From IMG/VR virus record IMGVR_UViG_3300037067_013058, positions 15,060 to 79,059 of that record: DNA of 64,000 bases; one strand, written 5' to 3'. Position numbers and translations under genes: made by a program. This DNA is from a virus. Its lineage: Duplodnaviria > Caudoviricetes. Under the pieces are notes generated by a model. That model saw only the letters and a program-made list of their open reading frames with translations, searched no databases and was not told the origin of the DNA. This document shows, one piece after another, positions 28,358-38,253 of this stretch; position 1 is the first letter of the stretch; each line of letters starts with the position of its first letter.

Positions 28358-29481
28358 GGTGCTTGTAAAATGTTCCTGGATGCATTCTCGTCCCGATCCA
28401 TAACCAGGCCACAAGCAGGACACTCATGAATGCGAATATTTAGTGTCTTACGCACTAATGTACCGCAATCCGAACAGTTCTGCGTGGTGCCTTTTGGGTC
28501 AACTAACCCAACCGGAAAACCAGCTTCTTCCGCTTTGTCTTTCAGTCGGGATATAAACATCCCCCAGGAAGCATCCATTATGTTACGTCTCATCGAACGG
28601 GTATTTTTCTCTGTCATCCCTTCTGGTGCAGGACGTGTTGAATCCAGCATCCCTACAATGTTCAATTTCTCAACTTTAAAACCGTCATATTCCTTTGCTA
28701 GAGCAGCAACAGTCTGGAATATAAAATCTTGCCTCTTATTAGCAACTTTCGCGCTGATGCGAGAAAGAACTTGCTTGGACTTTTTCCTGTTGTTTGATCC
28801 CTTTTTCTTGGAGCTTAAATCTCTTTGAGCTTCTTTTATCTGAGGAAGAACTTTCTTCAGAAAATGTGGGTTTTCTACATTTTCCCCATTTGATAACTTG
28901 GCAAAAGTCTTCAAACCAACATCGATCCCAACCTCATTCCTAGGAGCTTTGACTTCCGGAGCAGGACCAATATCAACTTGGAAATCTGCCCACCACCTGT
29001 TTTGGCGTTTAACAATACGAAGACCTTTGATTTCACCTTCCCTGTGGATCTTATTTCTCATAGTCAAAACAATCGGTGTCGGGCCTGCTTTGATAATTAA
29101 CTTCTTTCCCGCAATCTTCCAGCCTACCAAACCAAAAACCAAAGTATCAAATCTGCCCCTGCCTTTGAACCTGGGGAAACCGGTCTTCTCGCCCCTCTTT
29201 ACCCTTCGGAAGAAACCACTATATGAAAAATCCAACCTCTTCAATGCCGTCAACCGCGCCATCTCAGCCGGGAGAAGCCTAAATTCCTGATCATCAGCAC
29301 GAAGCAGAGTTAAGTCTCTATACTGATCATATAAAGAAAGAGAAATCTTCTGCTTCCTATAAGCCTCTATTCGTTGCTGTAAGGCAGCATTATAAAGTTG
29401 CCGACAAGACTCTAAAACAGAAAGAAGTTTTGCTTCCTGCTTGTATGATCTTCCCAACTTAATTTTACTCGTTCTAATCAT
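28291..29481 (-). CDS. tnpB: Solo TnpB RNA-guided nuclease (intact D-E-D)
   Basis: CRQLYNAALQQR, GFPRFKG, GIDVGLK, KVEKLNI, TTQNCSDC / CPAC, MDRDENAS. Confidence 0.93.
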   Translation of the reverse strand: MIRTSKIKLGRSYKQEAKLLSVLESCRQLYNAALQQRIEAYRKQKISLSLYDQYRDLTLLRADDQEFRLLPAEMARLTALKRLDFSYSGFFRRVKRGEKTGFPRFKGRGRFDTLVFGLVGWKIAGKKLIIKAGPTPIVLTMRNKIHREGEIKGLRIVKRQNRWWADFQVDIGPAPEVKAPRNEVGIDVGLKTFAKLSNGENVENPHFLKKVLPQIKEAQRDLSSKKKGSNNRKKSKQVLSRISAKVANKRQDFIFQTVAALAKEYDGFKVEKLNIVGMLDSTRPAPEGMTEKNTRSMRRNIMDASWGMFISRLKDKAEEAGFPVGLVDPKGTTQNCSDCGTLVRKTLNIRIHECPACGLVMDRDENASRNILQAPNDLGCRSVSEGLPKGTEVTLR

Positions 29482-29539
29482 TCTATTATTATCTCTTGAT
29501 ATTTTTTAAAAATAAAAGCACAACAATCTTGGCACATCT

Positions 29540-32500
29540 CTAGCCCCACACGTTGGTCAAACCTTGAACACTCGGAGTTCCGTGCAAATGTAAACCCTTC
29601 AAAACAAGTGATCTTACCCTGAAATCCAAAACGTCCCTAATTCCACCCAAAGTTAACCTTAATTGTTGAATCGGGAATAAAACGCCTGCCGAATCAACTG
29701 AATGAACGTTTTCATTCTTCTCAATTTCTTTCCATTCAGCAGCCAAGCAATGACCCTCATCGATCCCGCAGCGCCACTCAAACTTAACGCCTTGTTTTAT
29801 CATCAGATTTTGTTTATACGTCCCTAAAACAACAGGCAAACTGGGAACATCTACGTCAATTTCTAGATAATTTCCCAAGGAATCAAATACAATATACGAT
29901 CCCGATAGCACAACGGGCACTATCGCGCCCTCATTTCCTAAACTAGAAATTAACCTGAAATTGTACACAGGCCCAAAAGTAACCACGCACTCAAGCGAAG
30001 CCTCAGTGCCTAAAGCTGTACCTGAAACATAGGTAACCTCTACCCCAGGAATTAGATCAAGCACGTTGGGAACCGTCCTCAACCCAACATCCAAATGGGA
30101 AACTTCATACGAACGACTTTCCTCATGGGTTAAGAAAAACTGGGCTCCAGTAACCAATTGGCTACTGTCTATTTCGACTACGCTGGAACTTAAGAACCTC
30201 CAATAACGCTGTGCAATTTCCCTTTGCTCTCTTGTGTCTTGCATGTATAATTTCGCTACGGATTTATCCATAGTTGATTTACGATCCAAAAATGCTTGCC
30301 CAGTGTCCGCGTTGAAGAACACTGGAACCGTATTGAGGTATTCCCCTTCAATTGTATCTTTCCTATCGAACAAAGTGTAATCCGCCAGCCAAACATAATC
30401 CAATTCGTAAGGATTAGTTGTAAATGGAATTGTCGTAATTCGATACAACAAATTGTAGTCAATTGAGTAAGTTGAAGAGCTTGACCATATAGAAGGATCT
30501 ATCTCGACTTCTTGAGAATTGTTAAACCACCAATTGGGAACACCCAGAACTGTTGTATTAGGAACGGGCAAAGAATCCATGAACAGACAAGCTTCGTGCG
30601 TGTCCTGGTCAGAAGCCAAAGCTAATGGTGCCCGTAATGTTACCGAATTTATGGTAAGCACTTCACCAGTAACCGGTAATGCTGACGGAAACACATAGCT
30701 CATCATAAAAGGATCTGCTGGCTGAATTGTCAGGTTCACTAAGGTAGATGCCGCAAAATCCGCCTCTGTCACAGCGCCCAACAAATTCTTGGCAACACCT
30801 AGCGCCGTATACTCGCTAACATCAAAAATATCCAGAGCAATGTGTGCAGGACTTATCTCTCGCACTAATCCCTGGTAAACGCTTGTGTCACTAATTACGA
30901 CATTTTTTACCGTTTCTGCTGCTGGAGGAGTTCCAGCCAATATTGGTAAAGCTTCTCTCGTAACGTTCACAAATAAATATGAACCATCTGTCCCATAAAG
31001 CGTATAACTCCCAGTAGAAATTATAGAAACATAACCTAATCCCGGCCCCCAAGGTGTTGAATCTGGAGAATCCCATTTCAACATTCGAACATCACCGACT
31101 GAATTATAACTATAAGTTAATATGCCAGTACCTGCCAGCATGTCCGCACTAATTACAGAAATAGTTACGCCAGCATACGGCGTAGTTTTATCTGAAATCT
31201 TATGCGGAAGACCTAGATATTGCTTATGCCTCAATTCCATCTCATCAATTGCCCATACATACTGAAGCTCACCAAAGTATTGCCTATGCCTGCTACGGGC
31301 AACGGTAGCATTGGTCAAATAACGCGAGCTTATGAACTCGACATCAACTGTGAATGCTTCCAACACATACGTCATATTTGCGAAAGCACAGGCAAAATCT
31401 ATCGCAATAATTACGTCACGGTCCATCATTGGATTGGGCTTTATTTCGTCAGAGATTCTAAATGTGCCACTAACGAATGTAGGACGTCCAATACCTAGAG
31501 AATCAAGCGCCAAAAGCACAGGAGCCGCTGAGTAATAAGTAATTCCGCCGTCCCAGCTAACCTTGATTGTTGCCGTTCCACCAGGAGATATAAAATTCCT
31601 CACCCAGCCGCTAACGATCATATTGAAACCAGAATAGTCATACAATCCGCCAAAGCTTTTTTGTGGACTATCCGATCCTCTTGTGTTTGGCCAAGGTGTT
31701 GGGAATTTTTGAACCTTGGTATAGACAGTCATTGCATCTTTGTCAGTAGAACACCACCAAGCATATGATGAAGATGGATCGTAATCATCCAACTTGTCCG
31801 TAATTACAGAACCCTCGCTCATATACGTCACAAGCACGGGAGCGGCTGTTTCATCGATAAACCAATTGTCTGGGTGCTGATAATGCAATACGCTATCATC
31901 AACAACATTTACGTTATCTGCTACAACTGCTGCCGGGAGCAATGACATATCAACAAGAACATTCAATCCTTGTGTTTGCGCTAAGTTTTCTGACACACGA
32001 TGATATGTCAATGAGAAAGTAAAAGAATCCGTATGTGGCCAAGGTGCAATGAGCGCCTCCATATCGTCTGGACTGGCATATACTTTTAGAATAGCGCCAC
32101 CAGCATCAATTAATGAATATTCCCCAGGATCAACCAACGTAACAAGAGCACCTAAACCAACACCGGGGGAATTCCACCTCAATTGATGAACTAAAGTAGC
32201 ACCATTATACACATGATCTATCTGAGCATTACCCGCGTTTATATCAATGACGCCTGTTGCTGAAACATAAGTAACTCCTTGCAATAAATCCGGCATTGCA
32301 ACTAAAGTACCCTCAACAATACCCATAGTTGCTGTTGCCGCATTGGTTAATCCATTTTCTATTCTTATGCTTGATCCTGCTGCAACAGGACTCACCATTG
32401 CCAATCTATTACTAGCAGCATAAAAATGGGAGAAAGCGAAAGCAGCATAAGGAGCACCGAATCTGGGATCTGCAACAAGTGCTGCATTAATATCCGCCGC

Positions 32501-33505
32501 AACATTCGCTGCTGTTGGTGCAGGTAATCCAGTCACCAATTGAACAGCAATATAGCCCCCACCAATATTTTCATCAATCGTCAAATAGATGTAATCGTTA
32601 GTACCTACCACAACAGTAAATGGTTCTGCGATATCACCAACTAAATATGCTGGCCAAGTAGATGGAGGGCCTGGTAAAAAGAGTTCACCTTCTGCTGCCA
32701 ATACAGGTAAACCGGGAACGCCTAATGGGGACCACATAAGTAAACCTGTTACATTTGAATAGTCAATATGTCCTGCGGGTGTGCCTGCAAATACGTCTGC
32801 CTCAACAGATACAACAGAAACACCTGTAATGTTATTCGTTGCTTTTTCTACTGTGTGTGATCGTTCCTTGTATCTATGGTTAGTTACGAATGAACGGTCT
32901 AAAATCCAATTTGGCCCCCACAGTCTTCTTGAATATCCAAACGGCTCCACTTGGCATATTGTACTAACCGCTTTCTGAAATCCCGCGTACTGACCCCCGT
33001 AATTTCTATATGCCAGCCGAAGCTCATGCAAAGTATCACGGTATGCTGACAAACTAAGTCCCAAATCATTATAATACCCGACGTATTGACCAAAACAATC
33101 TTCAACACCAGTAGCGGTAACTGTCGTAATTGCCATATCATCGCGAACAGTTTGGATATTATCATCAATGAGTTCCAACGTTGTGGCATACGCGGCCATC
33201 CACAGCGCATATTCACGAACGGTGAGCCAACTTGATTGACGTCTTCCAGTAACATTATTCAGCAACACAATTTCAACTTCGCCACGGGGTAGTGGACGAC
33301 TGAATACAACGTTACCAATCACATCGCTAATTACTGTGCCAGAAAATACTTCATTGAGGTACAAACCGAATTCATTATTCGGGGTATCCGTTTCTAAGCG
33401 AATTTCGGTATTGCCATAGCGAAAAGGCACAACAATACCCTTGCTCTCATAGAAAGAGCCGCCAATAACGGATTTAACAAGATCTGCGTATCTATTCGCG
33501 CTCAT
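29540..33505 (-). CDS. Large baseplate/structural protein
   Basis: 1321 aa beta-rich protein between the baseplate-J-like gene and the fibre; wedge-like N-terminal segment (TATGVEDCFGQYVG...YRDTL). Confidence 0.55.
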   Translation of the reverse strand: MSANRYADLVKSVIGGSFYESKGIVVPFRYGNTEIRLETDTPNNEFGLYLNEVFSGTVISDVIGNVVFSRPLPRGEVEIVLLNNVTGRRQSSWLTVREYALWMAAYATTLELIDDNIQTVRDDMAITTVTATGVEDCFGQYVGYYNDLGLSLSAYRDTLHELRLAYRNYGGQYAGFQKAVSTICQVEPFGYSRRLWGPNWILDRSFVTNHRYKERSHTVEKATNNITGVSVVSVEADVFAGTPAGHIDYSNVTGLLMWSPLGVPGLPVLAAEGELFLPGPPSTWPAYLVGDIAEPFTVVVGTNDYIYLTIDENIGGGYIAVQLVTGLPAPTAANVAADINAALVADPRFGAPYAAFAFSHFYAASNRLAMVSPVAAGSSIRIENGLTNAATATMGIVEGTLVAMPDLLQGVTYVSATGVIDINAGNAQIDHVYNGATLVHQLRWNSPGVGLGALVTLVDPGEYSLIDAGGAILKVYASPDDMEALIAPWPHTDSFTFSLTYHRVSENLAQTQGLNVLVDMSLLPAAVVADNVNVVDDSVLHYQHPDNWFIDETAAPVLVTYMSEGSVITDKLDDYDPSSSYAWWCSTDKDAMTVYTKVQKFPTPWPNTRGSDSPQKSFGGLYDYSGFNMIVSGWVRNFISPGGTATIKVSWDGGITYYSAAPVLLALDSLGIGRPTFVSGTFRISDEIKPNPMMDRDVIIAIDFACAFANMTYVLEAFTVDVEFISSRYLTNATVARSRHRQYFGELQYVWAIDEMELRHKQYLGLPHKISDKTTPYAGVTISVISADMLAGTGILTYSYNSVGDVRMLKWDSPDSTPWGPGLGYVSIISTGSYTLYGTDGSYLFVNVTREALPILAGTPPAAETVKNVVISDTSVYQGLVREISPAHIALDIFDVSEYTALGVAKNLLGAVTEADFAASTLVNLTIQPADPFMMSYVFPSALPVTGEVLTINSVTLRAPLALASDQDTHEACLFMDSLPVPNTTVLGVPNWWFNNSQEVEIDPSIWSSSSTYSIDYNLLYRITTIPFTTNPYELDYVWLADYTLFDRKDTIEGEYLNTVPVFFNADTGQAFLDRKSTMDKSVAKLYMQDTREQREIAQRYWRFLSSSVVEIDSSQLVTGAQFFLTHEESRSYEVSHLDVGLRTVPNVLDLIPGVEVTYVSGTALGTEASLECVVTFGPVYNFRLISSLGNEGAIVPVVLSGSYIVFDSLGNYLEIDVDVPSLPVVLGTYKQNLMIKQGVKFEWRCGIDEGHCLAAEWKEIEKNENVHSVDSAGVLFPIQQLRLTLGGIRDVLDFRVRSLVLKGLHLHGTPSVQGLTNVWG

Positions 33506-34501
33506 TTAATACCCGCCCCCAAGTCCTTTTGTATAACCAGCAGGAGTTACCACTTGAGCATCATCAATCAAGCTTAATTTCGTTGCTTGCTGAACGTTAT
33601 CAATCACGGTCAATCCATCCAAGTAATAGTAAAGATACGAATCAGCTAATGTGAACAAACCATTACCAACAACCGATGTATCCACCAATCCAGCATACGC
33701 AGCACTTTGTCGTAAATTATCCATACTCGGTGGTGCATTTCCCCTTAATCTAAAATCAGAGACAATTACCGTATCATGAACTGGCTGATTTTCGAAAACA
33801 GCAAAAGGTCTGTAATAAAACCACTCGACTTGTGTGTTAAAAACGTCGTAATTTGCGGCAATGTTATCGTTGTAAACACGAAAAGTTGCCGCAGTTGTTA
33901 CGAAATTATGCGACAATAATACAACAGCACTATTAACGATGAAATAAACATCAGTACCCCAACGCAGAATTTTGAACATAGAAGTGCCAACAGTCCAAGG
34001 TGCTGTATAGGAATCAACAACTGCCCCATTTAGCCAAACTTCGCAAAGCAAATTGATATTAGAGGAATTTTCGCCAACTGTTACAGAAATTTGGCAATAG
34101 TTAGTAGCATTCACATAAAGTTGCAAAGAAATAGCATTAACTGTTGATGTTGGGTAAATTGTGTACCGTGGGATTGTACAACGGATTTCCCCTTGAACAT
34201 CTGCCCAAGTAGCTACGGACTCTATAGCAGCAATACCGCCTGCAACGGCCCCAGTTGACAGCACAAGGTTAGGAGACGCCGTAGTGACCGTCCCAGTACC
34301 TGCGGAGATGTCCGTCCACTTTACAGGGTCTAGGACGGCTGCTGTGAACAAATCATCCCAGTGTCTTGGGTCAAAGCCAACACCAGTCATGAAAAATTCA
34401 TTACCGCCTATTGATGGACCGGTATTAGGGGATACAGCATCAAGATCGGTAGCAATCCCGTATAAAACACCAGTTCCATATTTGAAAAGGCTATACCGCA
34501 T
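33506..34501 (-). CDS. Baseplate-associated structural protein with IPT/TIG-like start
   Basis: AVSPNTGPSIGGNEFFMTGVGF resembles an IPT/TIG strand; position in the baseplate cluster. Confidence 0.5.
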   Translation of the reverse strand: MRYSLFKYGTGVLYGIATDLDAVSPNTGPSIGGNEFFMTGVGFDPRHWDDLFTAAVLDPVKWTDISAGTGTVTTASPNLVLSTGAVAGGIAAIESVATWADVQGEIRCTIPRYTIYPTSTVNAISLQLYVNATNYCQISVTVGENSSNINLLCEVWLNGAVVDSYTAPWTVGTSMFKILRWGTDVYFIVNSAVVLLSHNFVTTAATFRVYNDNIAANYDVFNTQVEWFYYRPFAVFENQPVHDTVIVSDFRLRGNAPPSMDNLRQSAAYAGLVDTSVVGNGLFTLADSYLYYYLDGLTVIDNVQQATKLSLIDDAQVVTPAGYTKGLGGGY

Positions 34502-34504
34502 TTA

Positions 34505-35932
34505 TTACACCAAATTGATAATCAAATCAGGATCAGCAATCCGTGCGTATTCATTTGGGCCTATCGCAATATCTGCTACGCCACTTCCCGTTGATATGGC
34601 AAGAGTAGTATACGTGAAATTATCAACGCCGTAAACTTGGGCAACAACTGAATCAATGTCGAATTCTTCAACTGCTTCACCCAATTTGAGCGAATTGATG
34701 TAATTCTTGATAGATGTCCTTACAGCTTCTTGCACATCTGAAGGATTACCAGACCTTACTTTGACATCTGCTTCAATGAGCAAATCAACTTGCTGCGCCC
34801 AACGGAAAAGCTGTTGCTGACCCATTGTATATTCTTCAGGTTGTGTGTAATACGAAGTCAAAATATTGATAAGTGAATTATAACTGTAATCTATGATAAG
34901 GGGATCTAGCAAATTAGCTGGCAATGTCGTAGCCGTAGTAAGGAATTTGATACCATCTTGCGCTAATACACTGTTAGACCATTCGCCAACATCGGTAACT
35001 ATTTCGTAATCTGTATCTTGTACGAAAAGATTACCAAGTGAATCGCGAACTGCTGTAACCGTCATTAGCGGTTGTCTGTCCAATGGGATAAGCGTTTCAA
35101 CACCTGGGTAAGATGTTACGTAACGTTTGGCCGAGGGCTGTTCGCCAAGAACCCAAATATCAACTGCACCAGCGTCAAATTGTTCTCTAGTCATGGCGGT
35201 ATTTTGGCCATATACTACGTAAGCATCACTAACGGATGAGAAATTATCTAGAACAGAGCGTTTGATACCTGCTGGGACACCGGGCTTGGAACCGGCAACA
35301 TGTAATAGATAACGATCAGCTAAATCTAGGTTAGTTTCCAAACCACTACCAGAAGATGTTTTTTCTCGGTTAAAAACTTCATCAAACCCTGGAATTGGTC
35401 TACGGAAAACAGTAATCGTATATGGACCAACAGTTGTAGTTGCCCCCACAGTAATTGAAGCAACAAGAACATCAATTTCATATTTACTTGTATCTGCATT
35501 GAAATATGAAAGAGGTGCGCTAGCAAACATTGTTTTTGATTCAATGGTTCTAAAAATAATAGATGACCCTGTTCCTGGGTCAACCGGAGTAGACAGGGGG
35601 AAGTTCAAAGGAATAATCAAATTACTTGTTGGTGCCTGTGCCCTGGAAAAAGTAACCGTAGCAACAGATCGTGAACCCGACCACCTAACAACACCTTCGT
35701 TGAAAACGATATCATCAAGATCATCTGGCACAACACGATCAGCATATTTCATCGAATTCAAAACACTAAGATAAACAACTCGATTGTTCTGTTGTTCAAG
35801 TACCTCTGAGACAGGATCAATTTGCAAATCCCGGATTGGCCCAATACGAGTGTCTAGAGAAGGATCGCGTGAAGCAATACCCTCAATAATCATTGTGGCA
35901 AAATCACTTGCTGATATTCTATTAAGCGCCAT
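34505..35932 (-). CDS. Baseplate J-like wedge protein
   Basis: DLDDIVFNEGVVRWSGSRSVATVTFSR...IPLNF, GSGLETNLDLADR, VSDAYVV...GAVDIWV pattern typical of gpJ/gp47. Confidence 0.78.
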   Translation of the reverse strand: MALNRISASDFATMIIEGIASRDPSLDTRIGPIRDLQIDPVSEVLEQQNNRVVYLSVLNSMKYADRVVPDDLDDIVFNEGVVRWSGSRSVATVTFSRAQAPTSNLIIPLNFPLSTPVDPGTGSSIIFRTIESKTMFASAPLSYFNADTSKYEIDVLVASITVGATTTVGPYTITVFRRPIPGFDEVFNREKTSSGSGLETNLDLADRYLLHVAGSKPGVPAGIKRSVLDNFSSVSDAYVVYGQNTAMTREQFDAGAVDIWVLGEQPSAKRYVTSYPGVETLIPLDRQPLMTVTAVRDSLGNLFVQDTDYEIVTDVGEWSNSVLAQDGIKFLTTATTLPANLLDPLIIDYSYNSLINILTSYYTQPEEYTMGQQQLFRWAQQVDLLIEADVKVRSGNPSDVQEAVRTSIKNYINSLKLGEAVEEFDIDSVVAQVYGVDNFTYTTLAISTGSGVADIAIGPNEYARIADPDLIINLV

Positions 35933-35941
35933 GTACTAACC

Positions 35942-36376
35942 TCACAGAGTTCCACCAACAGAGAAATTTTCACGACCATCGACCGTCAAAATATCCAATC
36001 GCCACCTGAAATTTCGTGGATCATCTCTAATTGGCCAAATTTGAACTGCCCCAATACTATCAATAAGCTCTTTTGCCGTTCGTCTGCCATATTGGTAATG
36101 CTGTTGAGCAGAAATTAGCCTGTTCATACCTGTTTGAAGCTTCATTTGGAAGTCAAAAGCAACTGGAGCAAAAGAGAAAGCAGAAGCTGGATGGTCTGCA
36201 TCTGAACCAACGCACGAATCCAAATTACACCCCAGTCCCGTACTATTTCTTGTGTCAGTAGAAAGATTCATTTTTACGTCTTGTTTACACTTGTCACTAT
36301 CTGTGAGTGTGGCATAAGACGTATTGGAAACATCACGAACCATGTCTCCATCAACTATTTTCCAAGTATATGACAT
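35942..36376 (-). CDS. Baseplate gp25/gpW-like wedge protein
   Basis: 144 aa directly upstream of gpJ-like gene; KCKQDVKMNLST...G pattern. Confidence 0.5.
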   Translation of the reverse strand: MSYTWKIVDGDMVRDVSNTSYATLTDSDKCKQDVKMNLSTDTRNSTGLGCNLDSCVGSDADHPASAFSFAPVAFDFQMKLQTGMNRLISAQQHYQYGRRTAKELIDSIGAVQIWPIRDDPRNFRWRLDILTVDGRENFSVGGTL

Positions 36377-36874
36377 TTATGGTACCTGTGCCGCTGCATC
36401 CATTGCAGCTTTGTAAATCGCATCATCAAGAATATCAATAGCCATAATCAAGTTCGCTTTTGTTTGCTCCCAATATGCAATAAGAAGATTCAATTTATTC
36501 TCGAATGATATCATATTTAGGAAGCGTTCCTTAAACCTGTTGAGCGCTGCAACCGCTGTATCAAACAAATAAAGTGCTGGACCAAGAAAATAAGAATAAA
36601 ATTCAGGACAAAGTTCCGCAGCAGGACCGCCTGGAATTGAAGTCATTTGCTCCCGTATTTGATCCAAAATCTTCTGAATTTGATCAAAAATATACTTGTT
36701 TGCCAAAGCAACCAGGCCCCACTGTGCTACCCATGCTTGCAAAATTGCAATCTGAGCATCAATAAATGCAATAATTCCCAAAAGGAAATTTTTGAGCATT
36801 TTCAAAACCTCTGCAACTTGTGAATAAATCCACCTTAAGATGCAAACTGCTAAGGGTTGTGCTGGAGTTGCCAT
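36377..36874 (-). CDS. Helical hypothetical protein (baseplate cluster)
   Basis: 165 aa amphipathic, coupled to the next gene. Confidence 0.5.
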   Translation of the reverse strand: MATPAQPLAVCILRWIYSQVAEVLKMLKNFLLGIIAFIDAQIAILQAWVAQWGLVALANKYIFDQIQKILDQIREQMTSIPGGPAAELCPEFYSYFLGPALYLFDTAVAALNRFKERFLNMISFENKLNLLIAYWEQTKANLIMAIDILDDAIYKAAMDAAAQVP

Positions 36875-36884
36875 ATTTTCACCT

Positions 36885-38249
36885 TTACATAACCGTTGTG
36901 GTTGTTGCTGCTGCCGAAGCCAGCAAGGAAACCATTGCCCCCGCAGCAGTTCCCGCAGTAGTACAAGAAGCAGCCGAAGCGGGAATCGTTGCCTCTGCGG
37001 CCAACTTTGCCCACGCAGCCGCAGCAGCCGTAAAATATGCGGTCCAGAAACCTATAAACGCAGGAGACAGCTTGGCCACCGGAAGACCCCCTGTAGTGCC
37101 CAGAATGACCGTTCCAAGGGCCGAGATGGTTGGGGCCGTGATAGTAGCCGAAGTCGTTCCCGTGAGGCTCAGGGTGCCGCCCGAGAGGGTTATAGAGGTT
37201 GCCCCCGTTAACGTTATTGCTGGAGAAGTCAACGAATATGTTGCAGTACTGGTGTATGTAGTTGTTAAATTATTAATTTGCCAAGTTGCTGCTGGGGTCA
37301 TCCATTGAAAACCGACTGCCGTAGGTGCGGAAACACCGTAATTTCCCAAATCATCAATGGCCGAAATATAAAAATCTGTCATACCAGAAGGATCTTTGAC
37401 AGAATGAAGCATCCGAACCCCGGTACCAACCATCAACGTCAGCGGCTTCAAACTTGTGTTAAGGGCAGGAACCATAGGGGTCATAGTCAAATCATCAATC
37501 ACCTCTCCTTGATGAATACGGCTCATTTCAATCGGAATACCACCAGCAAGACTGTAACAGACAGAATCATAAGATTCTTGTGCTGTTTTCCCAGAATTAG
37601 CTGGAATAATACTAAAAATATAAGTCTCTGCCGCATCAGTAGGAACTTTATACCTTCTCGCATCCCCCTTACGTCTTGTGCTGGCTTCACCGTAAGAATC
37701 CTGCACCAAACCAGACGTTGTTGTAATGTCCCCCATAGTCTGATCAAGATAAATGGAATGAGGACCACTACTCAGCTTAACCTTGTCCCCCATATATAAA
37801 AAACACCCGTTCGCTGATTTGAAATCCCAGTCTCCCGGCTGAAGACGCTTTCCTGCGGATTCACCCCAACCAATACCCCCTATAGCAGCATTTACATCAT
37901 CCTGATACTTGAATCCTTCATAAAAAATAGCGGAATATCCTAGCGCAAAAGCTTCCCCTGTTGTAGAAAAACCTATCAAAAGCATATCCCCTTCTTGCGG
38001 AATATATCTACCCCAGGAAGTAGCTTGAACATTGGTCGTATCCTCATCACTCTTTTTTGGAGGATAAGACAAACCCAACAAAGGAAAAGTAACCTCTCTT
38101 GAATACAAAAATCCATCAAACACCACTTCAACTGTACCTTTATCAATATGAACAGCATGAACCCTGCCCCGGTGAACAGCATTAAAAAATGCGTCGTTAG
38201 CTTCACGGGCCTGCTGAACGGAACTTTTATTTGTTCTAATTCTTCCCAT
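36885..38249 (-). CDS. Baseplate spike (gpV/gp5-like, N-terminal OB fold)
   Basis: HRGRVHAVHIDKGTVEV...WGRYIPQEGDMLLIGF OB-fold pattern; Thr-rich beta-repeat region (TSPAITLTGATSITLSGG). Confidence 0.62.
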   Translation of the reverse strand: MGRIRTNKSSVQQAREANDAFFNAVHRGRVHAVHIDKGTVEVVFDGFLYSREVTFPLLGLSYPPKKSDEDTTNVQATSWGRYIPQEGDMLLIGFSTTGEAFALGYSAIFYEGFKYQDDVNAAIGGIGWGESAGKRLQPGDWDFKSANGCFLYMGDKVKLSSGPHSIYLDQTMGDITTTSGLVQDSYGEASTRRKGDARRYKVPTDAAETYIFSIIPANSGKTAQESYDSVCYSLAGGIPIEMSRIHQGEVIDDLTMTPMVPALNTSLKPLTLMVGTGVRMLHSVKDPSGMTDFYISAIDDLGNYGVSAPTAVGFQWMTPAATWQINNLTTTYTSTATYSLTSPAITLTGATSITLSGGTLSLTGTTSATITAPTISALGTVILGTTGGLPVAKLSPAFIGFWTAYFTAAAAAWAKLAAEATIPASAASCTTAGTAAGAMVSLLASAAATTTTVM

Positions 38250-38253
38250 TGTT

